Assembly: GCA_036260105.1 (NCBI GenBank) | Contig: DATAAN010000072.1 | Span: forward strand, 1 to 36,252 | DNA length: 36,252 nt | Direction: 5' to 3' | Source: Actinomycetota bacterium | GTDB taxonomy: Bacteria > Actinomycetota > CADDZG01 > JAHWKV01 | The notes under the pieces: model-generated | What the model saw: only the letters and a program-made list of their open reading frames with translations | The model's database searches: none | What the model was told of the DNA's origin: nothing | Translations under genes and position numbers: made by a program | Shown: in pieces, positions 1 to 8,442 of the stretch | How the letters are laid out: every line of letters starts with the position of its first letter | Numbering within the stretch: the stretch's first letter is position 1

Positions 1-10
1 CCGCCAGTCG

Positions 11-622
11 ATGCAGAGAGGGTCCCGAGCGCCACATTGGCGCCGGCCGGCGGAGACCATGCTGAGTGGCTTCGAGCCCCGATGGGAAGTCTCGGCTCCC
101 GCAGTCCGGCTTCGCTACAGGACCTACGACGTAGCGGGCCGCCAGGCCCGCTGTTACGACCTCGGCCGGGGCGAGCTCGCCCGGGCGGAGGTGCACGACG
201 ACGCAGTGTTTTTGGGCTGGTCGACCGCACTGCAGGCGTTCGAGTGGGTGGACCACCTTCACGATCTGGTCGTAGTCAAGGGGAACGTTTTGGGACTGGT
301 GGTCCTGTCGGCCGGTGAGCCGGACATTCGCGGGGATCTCACGTGGCGGGAGGTGCGAGCCCTTGTGGAGGATCCGGCGACCGTTCCGCTCCTCGTGCGC
401 ATCGACGTGGGGAGGATGAGCCTGGTGTGGCGGGAGCCGGAGGTGTTCGGCGGCACGACGCGTGAGGCGGGCGTGAGCGCATCTTCGTTCGATGCAGGGC
501 GTCTCCGGCAGCTGCTGGAGTCGACCGCCACTCCGAAGGTGAGGGCCTGGGCGGACGATCTGCTGAGGGACGCCCGGCAGGCCCGGACCTGGGCGGAGGA
601 GGAGAGCCCGGGGCGGCGGTAG
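11..622 (+). CDS. hypothetical protein (orphan, no recognisable motif)
   Basis: Complete ORF with mostly G/C at third codon positions and a balanced amino-acid composition. An alternative ATG at 59 is preceded by GGAG. The overlapping ORFs 37..318, 259..654 and 339..659 are Arg/Pro/Ser-rich shadow frames. Confidence 0.6.
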   Translation: MQRGSRAPHWRRPAETMLSGFEPRWEVSAPAVRLRYRTYDVAGRQARCYDLGRGELARAEVHDDAVFLGWSTALQAFEWVDHLHDLVVVKGNVLGLVVLSAGEPDIRGDLTWREVRALVEDPATVPLLVRIDVGRMSLVWREPEVFGGTTREAGVSASSFDAGRLRQLLESTATPKVRAWADDLLRDARQARTWAEEESPGRR

Positions 623-663
623 AACCTGAGGGGCCGCTTGCAACGATCTGGCAATACAAGGGT

Positions 664-692
664 TTAACCCTCGACCGCTCGGACGCTAATAT
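664..692 (+). promoter_or_regulatory. candidate promoter TTAACC-17 nt-TAATAT, giving a leaderless or near-leaderless arsR-type transcript
   Basis: TAATAT at 687-692 lies 5 nt before the ATG at 698. TTAACC at 664-669 gives a 17-nt spacer. No Shine-Dalgarno fits between them. The palindrome GGGTT-T-AACCC (660-670) overlaps the -35. Confidence 0.3.
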
Positions 693-697
693 GAGAC

Positions 698-1066
698 ATG
701 CCTGGCGACCGCAACGGCCCGACTCTCACCGGCTGCGCCCCGGCTTCGGGAACGAGTGGGAGGCTGGCGGAGCTCTTCGGACTGCTCGCCGACCACTCGC
801 GAGCCGGCATCGTCTACGCACTCCTGGAAGCGGGCGAGCTGTCCGCCGAGGACCTCAGCGCCTGGACCGGCGTCTCTCCTCACCGGGCGTACGATGCCCT
901 GCGGGTGCTCCGGACGGCCCGGGTCGTCGCCAGCAGGAAGGCCGGGGACGGAGTCGTGTACCAGCTCGAGGGCGACGGCGTCCGGCGCCTCCTCGAGATG
1001 GCCGGCAGGCCGGTCTCCCCCCGCCGCCCCTGGCAGCTGCGCGCCGCCGGCAGCGGCATCCGCTGA
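698..1066 (+). CDS. ArsR/SmtB-family winged-helix transcriptional regulator
   Basis: LAELFGLLADHSRAGIVYALLEAGELSAEDLSAWTGVSPHRAYDALRVLRTARVV is the typical ArsR HTH core. The size of about 120 aa also fits. Confidence 0.85.
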   Translation: MPGDRNGPTLTGCAPASGTSGRLAELFGLLADHSRAGIVYALLEAGELSAEDLSAWTGVSPHRAYDALRVLRTARVVASRKAGDGVVYQLEGDGVRRLLEMAGRPVSPRRPWQLRAAGSGIR

Positions 1067-1069
1067 CCG

Positions 1070-2764
1070 CTAGGAGCAGTTGACGCCCTCGGCCGGGCGG
1101 TAGAGAGCATTGACCCGGTCCACCTTCGTCGAGCGGTCGGCCAGGTAGGTGATCGTGCGCTCTGTGCGGACCAGCTTGCAGGCGCCCCTGCGCTCCTCCG
1201 TCTGGCCCGTCTGCGCCGCCTCGACCCACTTCGTCGAGTAGAGGCTCACCGTGATGCTGGACCGCGTGTAAGTCGGCCAGATGAGCACCGGATAGGGCGT
1301 GGTGTTCTTGATCTGCAGGTCCGGTCTGGGATAGGAGAGCGTCGCCTCCCGTCCGTACGGGTAGCGCGAGATGTAAAGGCTGTGGGACTGGTACTCCGGA
1401 AACTCCAATCCGGCGAAGAACGCGGCGTTGAACAGGGTGGTGGCGAACTGCGAGATACCGCCGCCGATCGACTGCTCGAACTTGCCGTCCTGGATAACCG
1501 CGTCGACGACGAAGCCCTTCTCGCGGGTGCGCTCGCCGACGAACCGGTTGACCGAGAAGGTAGCTCCGGGCTGGATCACCTGACCCCGGATCATGTCGGC
1601 GATCCGGTGGATGTTGGTCACCCGCGGCTGCCCGGCCGCGTGGTTGGTGGTGAAGGTCCCGACTTGCTCTTTGATGCCGGAGATAGACAGCTCGTCGGCG
1701 GTGACCTCGGGAGCGATCTCGACCACCGGCAGCTCCACCGGCTGAGGGCTTCTGCCCAGCACGGCGGGCTCGACGATGCCGCCCGCGGTCTCGGCGCAAC
1801 AGCCAAGCCCGGGCTGGCCGGGCACGATTGTCACGGTGCCGTCCACCACGTCGTAGGCGGCGTTCTTCGGTGGCGGGTTCGGGTTGTCCAGCAGCTTGCG
1901 GAGGGCGGCAGTTGCCGCCTTGTGGTCCACCCGCAGGGTCAGTCCCTGCTCCGTCGGCTGGGAGCGGAGCCAGGTCCGAAGGTTCTCCGCCGGCACGGTG
2001 GCCGCCTGGTCGCCGGCCTTTACCGCCAGGCCTTGAGCGGTCATAGCCTCGGCCTGGCGGACCAGCTCACGAGCGTCTTCCAGCGTGAAGCGGGGAGCCA
2101 CCTCCCCCCGGTCGACCTCCACCCGTATGGGCAGGCCCTCGGCTGCTGCCTCCGGGAGCCGCTCGATCACCTGCGCGGGGTCGATTCCTGTGCCGGGCGA
2201 ACCCTGGACCGGCTCGAGGCGGCCGCCGGCGACCCGGATGCCCGGCTCGGTCGGCTCGGTGCGGGGGCCGGGGTCCTGGGCGTCCACCACCCGGTAGACC
2301 GCGTTGCGGTCCACCGTGATCCGCACGGGAGCGATCCGCGGGGTGAAGAACGACTGAAGCCAACCCCAGATGCGGTCCACCACCGGCCCCGCGGTCTCGA
2401 GTGCCAGCGTTCCGTCCACCGTCGGCTGTACCTGCACAGCCATCCCGAGGGTCCGGGCATCGGTCCCGAAGCCGCCCTGGGGCGCGTCGACCAGAACCGG
2501 CGCAGCAGCGTACTCCTGGGCGACCTGACTCACCACCGCGGTGAGCTCCGGCGCAGCCAGCCCTCCGACCGGCCTCCCGGCCAGCGTGACGTTCCGGGCC
2601 ACCCTCCCGTTCTGGCCGCCGTCAAGTGACCATCCCAGCACGACGGCAGCCACGAACAGCACGGGCAGCACCAGCAGCAGCCGGACTTTACGGCGTCTTT
2701 TCCTTCTTCTCGGGGGCGATCCGCGCTTATGTGACATAGGTTCGCGAGGTTTTCCGGCGCTCAC
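1070..2764 (-). CDS. VanW-family protein with an N-terminal basic/TM anchor
   Basis: The C-terminal third (FTTNHAAGQPRVTNIHRIADMIRGQVIQPGATFSVN...GGGISQFATTLFNAAFFAGLE...SLYISRYPYGREATL) matches the VanW domain pattern. The N-terminus is RRRKRRRK followed by a hydrophobic helix. The start may instead be the second Met (2737). Confidence 0.85.
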   Translation of the reverse strand: MSAGKPREPMSHKRGSPPRRRKRRRKVRLLLVLPVLFVAAVVLGWSLDGGQNGRVARNVTLAGRPVGGLAAPELTAVVSQVAQEYAAAPVLVDAPQGGFGTDARTLGMAVQVQPTVDGTLALETAGPVVDRIWGWLQSFFTPRIAPVRITVDRNAVYRVVDAQDPGPRTEPTEPGIRVAGGRLEPVQGSPGTGIDPAQVIERLPEAAAEGLPIRVEVDRGEVAPRFTLEDARELVRQAEAMTAQGLAVKAGDQAATVPAENLRTWLRSQPTEQGLTLRVDHKAATAALRKLLDNPNPPPKNAAYDVVDGTVTIVPGQPGLGCCAETAGGIVEPAVLGRSPQPVELPVVEIAPEVTADELSISGIKEQVGTFTTNHAAGQPRVTNIHRIADMIRGQVIQPGATFSVNRFVGERTREKGFVVDAVIQDGKFEQSIGGGISQFATTLFNAAFFAGLEFPEYQSHSLYISRYPYGREATLSYPRPDLQIKNTTPYPVLIWPTYTRSSITVSLYSTKWVEAAQTGQTEERRGACKLVRTERTITYLADRSTKVDRVNALYRPAEGVNCS

Positions 2765-2796
2765 TCAGCTTTCGGCCGGGCTCTCAACGTACACCT

Positions 2797-3132
2797 TTGA
2801 CGCAATCGAGAGGGAACGGGTTCCCGCCTGGATTTCTTGAGGGCGTAGGAGATATCGTTCGCCCTGCCATGTCACCTCGCGCATTCGCTCTCGGCTCTCT
2901 CGTCTCGGCGGCACTCGCCCTGGTGATACTCGTCATCCCGTTCGTGGGCGTGTTCACCTCTGCGGTGCTGGGACCGGCCGGCGTTGCGCTGGGGGCGGTG
3001 GGGGTCTCCAGGACCCGGGATGGCGGCCCGAACCGAAAGCTGGCTCTCGCCGGGCTGACGCTTGGCCTGGTTGCGGTAGCCGTGCTGGTCGTGTTCCTGG
3101 CCACCGGAACCTACTCGGAGCGCGCCCGCTAG
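2797..3132 (+). CDS. small two-helix membrane protein (DUF4190-like)
   Basis: Two long hydrophobic helices (LGSLVSAALALVILVIPFVGVF, LALAGLTLGLVAVAVLVVFLA) flank a short polar loop. The start is uncertain: TTG at 2797 or ATG at 2869. Confidence 0.6.
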   Translation: MTQSRGNGFPPGFLEGVGDIVRPAMSPRAFALGSLVSAALALVILVIPFVGVFTSAVLGPAGVALGAVGVSRTRDGGPNRKLALAGLTLGLVAVAVLVVFLATGTYSERAR

Positions 3133-3145
3133 CCGGACAGCTGCA

Positions 3146-4207
3146 TCACCGGCGCAACCTTCCCTGCTTGGCGCGCTGGCCTTCGTCGGTAAACCGGGCG
3201 AAGCTGCGTTCCATCCGCCTCAGCTTGTGCGGGTTTGCCCGCAGCTCCTGCGATTCGACCTCCCGCCGCAGCTCGAGGAATGCTTCCAGCCGGTCGGACC
3301 GCACCCTGCCCTCCTCGACCGCCTGCCGGACGGCGCACCCTGGTTCCGAGCCGTGGGAGCAGTCGGCAAAGCGGCAGAGTGCCGAAATCTCCTCGACGTC
3401 GGCGAACACGCTTTCGACCGCCTCGGTGGAGGCAGCGAGCCCCAGCGACCGGATTCCCGGCGTGTCTATCACGGTGCTGCCACCCCGAAGCACATGCAAC
3501 TCCCGCCGGGTCGTCGTGTGCCGCCCTTTGGCGTCCCCGCGGCGGACCTCTCCCTCCTCGCTGACCGTCCGGCCGGCAAGCGCGTTGAGCAGGCTCGACT
3601 TGCCGGCGCCCGACTCGCCGAGCAACACAGAGGTGCGTCCCGCGATGGCGTCCCGTACTGCGTCGAGGCCGGCGCCGGTGCGGGACGAGACGCTCAGCAC
3701 GTCGACGCCGAGGGCGGTCGCGGCGACCGCTTCCGCCGTCGCCATCGGATCCTCGACCAGGTCCGCCTTGTTCAGAACCACGACGGGAGATGCGCCGGAG
3801 TCCCAGGCCTGCACGGCCCCCCGCGAGATCCGGCCCTGCTTGACCGGACGGTCCAGGCCGCAGACGAGCAGCACCAGGTCCAGGTTGGCGGCCAGAAGCT
3901 GCTCCGATCCGTCCGGGCCCCGGCGCCTGAGCAGGCCTGCCCGCGGGAGCAGGCTTGCGATGCGGCCGCCGGCGAGGGCAACCCAGTCGCCGGTGACGAT
4001 CTCCTCCGGCAGGCCGGAAACCTCGACCGGGACGGTGGCGGCTGCGGTCGCCACCAGGGCGACGCCCCGCTCTCGCCGGACAACCCGCCCGGGGACCGGC
4101 GACTCGGGAACAGGGGGCACCTCGGCCAGCAGGGCCGCCCAGCGGTCACTCCAGCCCAAAGACAGCAAAGGGAAATACGGGTCGTTCATCTGTTGGATAC
4201 CTCGCAT
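3146..4207 (-). CDS. rsgA: ribosome small-subunit-dependent GTPase A
   Basis: Circularly permuted GTPase order: NKADL (G4), then GESGAGKSSLLNAL (G1), then DTPG (G3). The C-terminal zinc knuckle is CRFADCSHGSEPGC. Confidence 0.9.
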   Translation of the reverse strand: MRGIQQMNDPYFPLLSLGWSDRWAALLAEVPPVPESPVPGRVVRRERGVALVATAAATVPVEVSGLPEEIVTGDWVALAGGRIASLLPRAGLLRRRGPDGSEQLLAANLDLVLLVCGLDRPVKQGRISRGAVQAWDSGASPVVVLNKADLVEDPMATAEAVAATALGVDVLSVSSRTGAGLDAVRDAIAGRTSVLLGESGAGKSSLLNALAGRTVSEEGEVRRGDAKGRHTTTRRELHVLRGGSTVIDTPGIRSLGLAASTEAVESVFADVEEISALCRFADCSHGSEPGCAVRQAVEEGRVRSDRLEAFLELRREVESQELRANPHKLRRMERSFARFTDEGQRAKQGRLRR

Positions 4208-4378
4208 GGTCGACCGGCCGCGAGAGCGGCCGCTTGGGAAGGACGGCTAGATGCGCACGGGGGAGGCGACGGCAGTCATTGGCGTCCCCTCCTTCCTTCG
4301 TCCTTGTCCCTAGCGAGATTGAACCTCAAGTATAGGCAGGCCGGCCTCGTCGTAGGTGCACCGGGTTAGATTGGGCCG

Positions 4379-7156
4379 ATGCCCCCGCGTTTTAGCGTGC
4401 TCTGCCTGCTCCTGCCGGTCGTGGCGCTTGCCCTGCCGGCGTGCGTGCTGCCGGACCGGGGCCTTGCCCTTCCGGTAGATCTGCCGTTCGAGCACTACGA
4501 GCTGGACAACGGGCTCGACGTCATCCTCCGCAAAGACGACAGGATCCCCGTGGCGTCGGTGAACATCTGGTACTCCGTGGGCTCGGCCGACGAAACCGAG
4601 GGGCGGCGCGGCTTTGCGCACCTCTTCGAGCACATGATGCTGCAGGGCTCCCGGCACGCGCCGGGCGACTACTTCCGCAGGCTTCAGGCGGTGGGGGCCA
4701 CGGGGGTCAACGGCAACACCAGCCCCGACCGGACCGCCTACGTGGAGGACGTTCCCTCCAGCCAGCTGGAGCTCGCCCTCTGGGCCGAGAGCGACCGGAT
4801 GGGCTTCCTACTCGACGCGGTCGACCTGCCGACGCTGCGCAACCAGCAGAGCGTGATCCGGAACGAACGCAGGGAGCGTGTGGAAAACGCCCCCTACGGC
4901 CTGGCCCAGGAGGAGGTCTACCGGCAGCTGTTCCCACCCTCGCACCCCTACCACCACTCCGCCTTCGGATCGCACACGGACATCCAGTCGGCGGAGCTGG
5001 ACGACGTGCGGGATTTCTTCCGCCGGTACTACGGGCCGAACAACGCCAGCCTCTCCATCGCAGGCAACATCGACGTCCGCCGCACCAAAGTCCTGGTCGA
5101 GAAGTACTTCGGCTCCCTGCGCCGGGGTCCCGAACCGCCGGAGGTGAGAGCGGAGCCGGTCCGGATAACCTCGCCGCGCCGGGCCACCCTCACCGACACC
5201 GTCGAGCTGCCGAGGGTCTATCTGGCCTGGATCGTGCCCGAGGCGTTCGCGCAGGGCGATGCGGAGGCATCCCTGACGGCGCGGATGCTTGGCGGCGGAA
5301 AGGCGAGCCGGCTGTACCGGGACCTCGTCCACGACCTCCAGATCGCGCAGTCGGTGGTCGCGGACCACATTGGGCTTGCGCACGGCTCGGTGTTCCAGAT
5401 AACCGCCACGGCAAAGCCGGGACATACCCCCGGCGAGCTGGAGTCGGCAATCCGGACGGTGCTGGACCGGATGGCCGAGGACGGACCCGGCAAGGAGGAG
5501 CTCGCGGCGGCGAAGGTGTCCACCAAAGCGATCCTGGTGAAGAGCCTGGAGGCGACCAGCGGCGTCGCAGACCGGCTGAACGCCTACAACTACTTCCTCG
5601 GGGAGCCGGATTATCTGCAGGAGGACCTGGAGCGGTTCGACGCCGTCACCGCTGAGGACGTTCGCGGCTTCCTGGGCCGTTTCCTCCGGCAGACCCAGGG
5701 CGTGACTGTGTCGGTCGTCCCCGGCGAGAAGGTCCTGCCGCCGGATCCGCCGGCTCCGCCGGTCGATGCCGCGCCTTCTGTATCCGAGCGCCGCGCGTCC
5801 CCGGAACCCTGGCGCTACGAGGTGCCCGGACCGATCGACGCGCCGGAGGCGGAGCTGCCGGTCCCGGACACCTTCCGGCTGGACAACGGGCTCACCGTAT
5901 ACCTCGTCCGCCGGCCCGAGCTGCCGCTTGTCACGGTTCAGCTCACTGCCAGGTCCGGTAGCTCCGACGACCCCGACGAGCTTCCCGGCCTGGCCGCCTT
6001 CACGTCGGAGATGCTGAACGAGGGCGCCGGCGAACGAGGAGCGATCGACATCGCCAACCACCTCACCGCTCTCGGGTCCACTCTGGAAACCGGCTCCTCC
6101 CGGGAGGCGAGCTGGGTGATCGTTCAGGCACTTAAGCCGAACCTCGACGCTACGGCGGAGGTGTTCGCCGACGTCGTCCGCCGCCCCGCGTTCCCCGACG
6201 CCGAGGTGCGGCGCATCCGCACCGAGGTGCTGGCGGGTTTGCAGCAGCAACGCAGCCGGCCGCTCACCACCGCCTTCAAGGTCATGTGGGCGGAGCAGTA
6301 CGGCGCCGGCCATCCGTACTCGCACCTGGTGTCGGGGACCGAGGAAGGCGTACGGGCCCTGACCCGAACCGATTTGGTGAGCTTCTACGAGGGAGCCTTT
6401 GTGCCGGCCAACTCGGCTCTGATCCTGACGGGTGACCTGGACCTTCGCGAGGCGCAGGAGCTCGCGGAGAGCCGATTCGGGGACTGGGAGGGATCCACTG
6501 CCCAACCGGACCCTGTGCCGCCCGCCGCGCCGACGCCCGAGCGGGTGTACCTGGTCGACCGGCCGGGAGCCCCCCAGACGGCTGTAGTGCTCTCCCAACC
6601 GGCCGTCGCCCGGCACGACCCCGACTTCGAGAAGATGCTTCTCGTCAACGGAGTGCTCGGTGACCTGTTCTCGAGCCGTCTAAATTCCCGGCTTCGACAG
6701 GTGGAAGGCTTCACGTACGGCGCCGATTCCCAGCTGACCCAAAGCCCGTACCCCGGGCTGCTCCACGTGTCGATGTCTGTGGACCGGCCGCAGACCGGCA
6801 GGGCGGTGGAGGTGGCGCTGGAGGAGGTCGTCCGCCTGCGCGACGGCGGTATGACTCAGACGGAGCTCGACGAGGTCCGGCAGGCTCTCGTTCGGTCCCT
6901 GCCCAACCGGTTCCGGACCAATGCCGACGTCGCAGGCAGCATCGCCCACCTGTTCGCGCTCGACGTGTCGCAGGAGTACTTCCGCACCCTTGAGAGGACT
7001 CTCTCGCGGGTGACGCTTGAAGACGTCAATGCCCTGCTACGCCGGTCGCTTGTCCCCGAGGCGATGAAGCTGGTGGCGGTGGGAGACCGGGCGGCCGTCG
7101 AGCCGCAGCTTGCGGCCCTCAGCCTGGGCGCCATGGCGGTCAGGACCGGCCTCTGA
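4379..7156 (+). CDS. M16 (pitrilysin/insulinase) family zinc peptidase, two M16 units, probable lipoprotein
   Basis: The inverted zinc motif HxxEH is present (GFAHLFEHMMLQGS). A second inactive-type M16 repeat occupies the C-terminal half. The N-terminal signal ends in the lipobox-like LPAC. Confidence 0.9.
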   Translation: MPPRFSVLCLLLPVVALALPACVLPDRGLALPVDLPFEHYELDNGLDVILRKDDRIPVASVNIWYSVGSADETEGRRGFAHLFEHMMLQGSRHAPGDYFRRLQAVGATGVNGNTSPDRTAYVEDVPSSQLELALWAESDRMGFLLDAVDLPTLRNQQSVIRNERRERVENAPYGLAQEEVYRQLFPPSHPYHHSAFGSHTDIQSAELDDVRDFFRRYYGPNNASLSIAGNIDVRRTKVLVEKYFGSLRRGPEPPEVRAEPVRITSPRRATLTDTVELPRVYLAWIVPEAFAQGDAEASLTARMLGGGKASRLYRDLVHDLQIAQSVVADHIGLAHGSVFQITATAKPGHTPGELESAIRTVLDRMAEDGPGKEELAAAKVSTKAILVKSLEATSGVADRLNAYNYFLGEPDYLQEDLERFDAVTAEDVRGFLGRFLRQTQGVTVSVVPGEKVLPPDPPAPPVDAAPSVSERRASPEPWRYEVPGPIDAPEAELPVPDTFRLDNGLTVYLVRRPELPLVTVQLTARSGSSDDPDELPGLAAFTSEMLNEGAGERGAIDIANHLTALGSTLETGSSREASWVIVQALKPNLDATAEVFADVVRRPAFPDAEVRRIRTEVLAGLQQQRSRPLTTAFKVMWAEQYGAGHPYSHLVSGTEEGVRALTRTDLVSFYEGAFVPANSALILTGDLDLREAQELAESRFGDWEGSTAQPDPVPPAAPTPERVYLVDRPGAPQTAVVLSQPAVARHDPDFEKMLLVNGVLGDLFSSRLNSRLRQVEGFTYGADSQLTQSPYPGLLHVSMSVDRPQTGRAVEVALEEVVRLRDGGMTQTELDEVRQALVRSLPNRFRTNADVAGSIAHLFALDVSQEYFRTLERTLSRVTLEDVNALLRRSLVPEAMKLVAVGDRAAVEPQLAALSLGAMAVRTGL

Positions 7157-7209
7157 GTCGGGATCCGGGTCTTGCATTCATAGGGGAAAGGTGTACGGTA
7201 TCAATGAGC

Positions 7210-7229
7210 AAAAGTTAGGGCCACCTAAC
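7210..7229. promoter_or_regulatory. palindrome GTTAGG-gcca-CCTAAC; tentative IdeR/DtxR-like iron box
   Basis: A perfect 6-4-6 inverted repeat at 7214-7229. The 19-mer AAAAGTTAGGGCCACCTAA matches the remembered IdeR consensus TTAGGTTAGGCTAACCTAA at about 13/19 positions. It lies upstream of the small ORF and the ferritin gene. Confidence 0.25.
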
Positions 7230-7258
7230 ATTGAGGGTTGATCGGATTGGAGCTTCGA

Positions 7259-7468
7259 ATGGTGGCATCCGTTGTCTGGCTCGGGACCTACCTTTTGATC
7301 GGCGCAGCCGCGGTGTGGGTTTGCTACAACACCAGGTCGTGCCTTGTGCGATCCCGCGCGGAGCGCAACAGCAGGATCGTTTCGGCTCTGGCCTCCCCGG
7401 CCCAGCCGCCCTTACGTCGCGCGGAGACGGCTGTTCCCGCTCCGGCGGCTCCTGCGATCCGCCGCTGA
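7259..7468 (+). CDS. possible small membrane protein (69 aa)
   Basis: ATG at 7259 is preceded by GGAG about 8 nt upstream. There is one clear TM helix (VASVVWLGTYLLIGAAAVWVCY). Third-position G/C is about three quarters by hand count. No homology was recognised. Confidence 0.35.
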   Translation: MVASVVWLGTYLLIGAAAVWVCYNTRSCLVRSRAERNSRIVSALASPAQPPLRRAETAVPAPAAPAIRR

Positions 7469-7549
7469 GCTGACACCTTCCGCGGCCGCTCCCCGAACGC
7501 CCAGGCGAGCGACGGTTTAGAGTGGGTCGAGCCGACAGAGGGGGATAGC

Positions 7550-8083
7550 TTGCCATTCTCGGAACGTACGCAGGAAGCGATGAACCAGCAGCTCAAGCTT
7601 GAGATCCAAGCTTTCTACACCTACCTCGCCATGTCCGACTACTTCGAGGCGGCCAACCTGCCCGGGTTCTCCCAGTGGATGTTCAACCAGTCCCAGGAGG
7701 AGTGGGTCCACGCCATGAAGTTCCGGACCTTTCTCCAGGACCGGGGCGGACGTGTGCGCCTGTCCGACATCTCGGCGCCGTCCTCGGAGTATTCGTCGCC
7801 CGTCGAGGTCTTTGAGCAGGCACTCGAGAACGAGCAGGCGGTAAGCCGCTCCATCGCCAACATCTACGCCATTGCCGAGGAGGAGAAGGACTTCGCGAGC
7901 CAGGCTTTTCTCAACTGGTTCGTCACGGAGCAGGTGGAGGAGGAGAAGACGATGAGCGACATCCTGGACTGGTTGCGCCGCATCGGTGACTCCCCTCACG
8001 GGCTCTTCCTACTCGACGAGAAGATCGCTCAGGGTGGCTTCACGCCACCGGCAGCGGCCGCCGAGGGCGAAGCCGGAGCCTGA
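7550..8083 (+). CDS. ftn: non-haem ferritin
   Basis: Ferritin di-iron pattern: LEIQAFYTYLAMSDYF, QEEWVHAMKF, ALENEQAVSRSI, FLNWFVTEQVEEE. The TTG start has GAGGGGGA about 6 nt upstream. Confidence 0.9.
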   Translation: MPFSERTQEAMNQQLKLEIQAFYTYLAMSDYFEAANLPGFSQWMFNQSQEEWVHAMKFRTFLQDRGGRVRLSDISAPSSEYSSPVEVFEQALENEQAVSRSIANIYAIAEEEKDFASQAFLNWFVTEQVEEEKTMSDILDWLRRIGDSPHGLFLLDEKIAQGGFTPPAAAAEGEAGA

Positions 8084-8442
8084 ACCGGGTCCTTCCCCCA
8101 CTGCTGAAGAGTGGGAAAAAAGTTCATCAAGTACGCATGACACCCGGAAAACCAGGGTAGGGTCGATCGGACTCGCCCGGTTGACCATGTAAACAGGCCA
8201 CAATCCGTCACGTTCGCCGACGGAACCAACTACCGGATTACGGGACGGGTCGCAAACAGGGTTTCGGTACCCGGAGCCCAGCCGGCGCTCAGCCGGCGAA
8301 CCGCCGGACCCCCGGCGCGCCAAGGACGCACCCCTGGCTGTTGATGAGCCTTCCGAAGCGGATCTTCGGAGGTGCTTTGCCGTACCCAAAAACACCGAGA
8401 GAAAGGAGCCCGACTGCAGTCTCTTCTACGTGGAGGTTTTCT

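Noticed and set aside
855-2629. ORFs 855..1799 (-) and 1382..2629 (+) overlapping arsR and vanW.
   Set aside because: Composition typical of off-frame translation of GC-rich coding DNA. The VanW frame is the only one with a recognisable domain.
3168-4369. Plus-strand ORFs 3168..4250 and 3227..4369 opposite rsgA.
   Set aside because: Ser/Arg/Pro-rich shadows. The minus strand encodes the full circularly permuted GTPase motif set.
4808-6616. A 602-aa minus-strand ORF inside the M16 peptidase gene, plus 4441..5655 on the plus strand.
   Set aside because: Shadow frames of a gene with a clear HxxEH peptidase signature, with low-complexity Arg/Gly/Pro composition.
8090-8125. The hairpin CCCACT-gctgaag-AGTGGG after the ferritin stop as a terminator.
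   Set aside because: It has only a 6-bp stem and is followed by an A-run rather than a T-run on the transcribed strand. It is not convincing as an intrinsic terminator.
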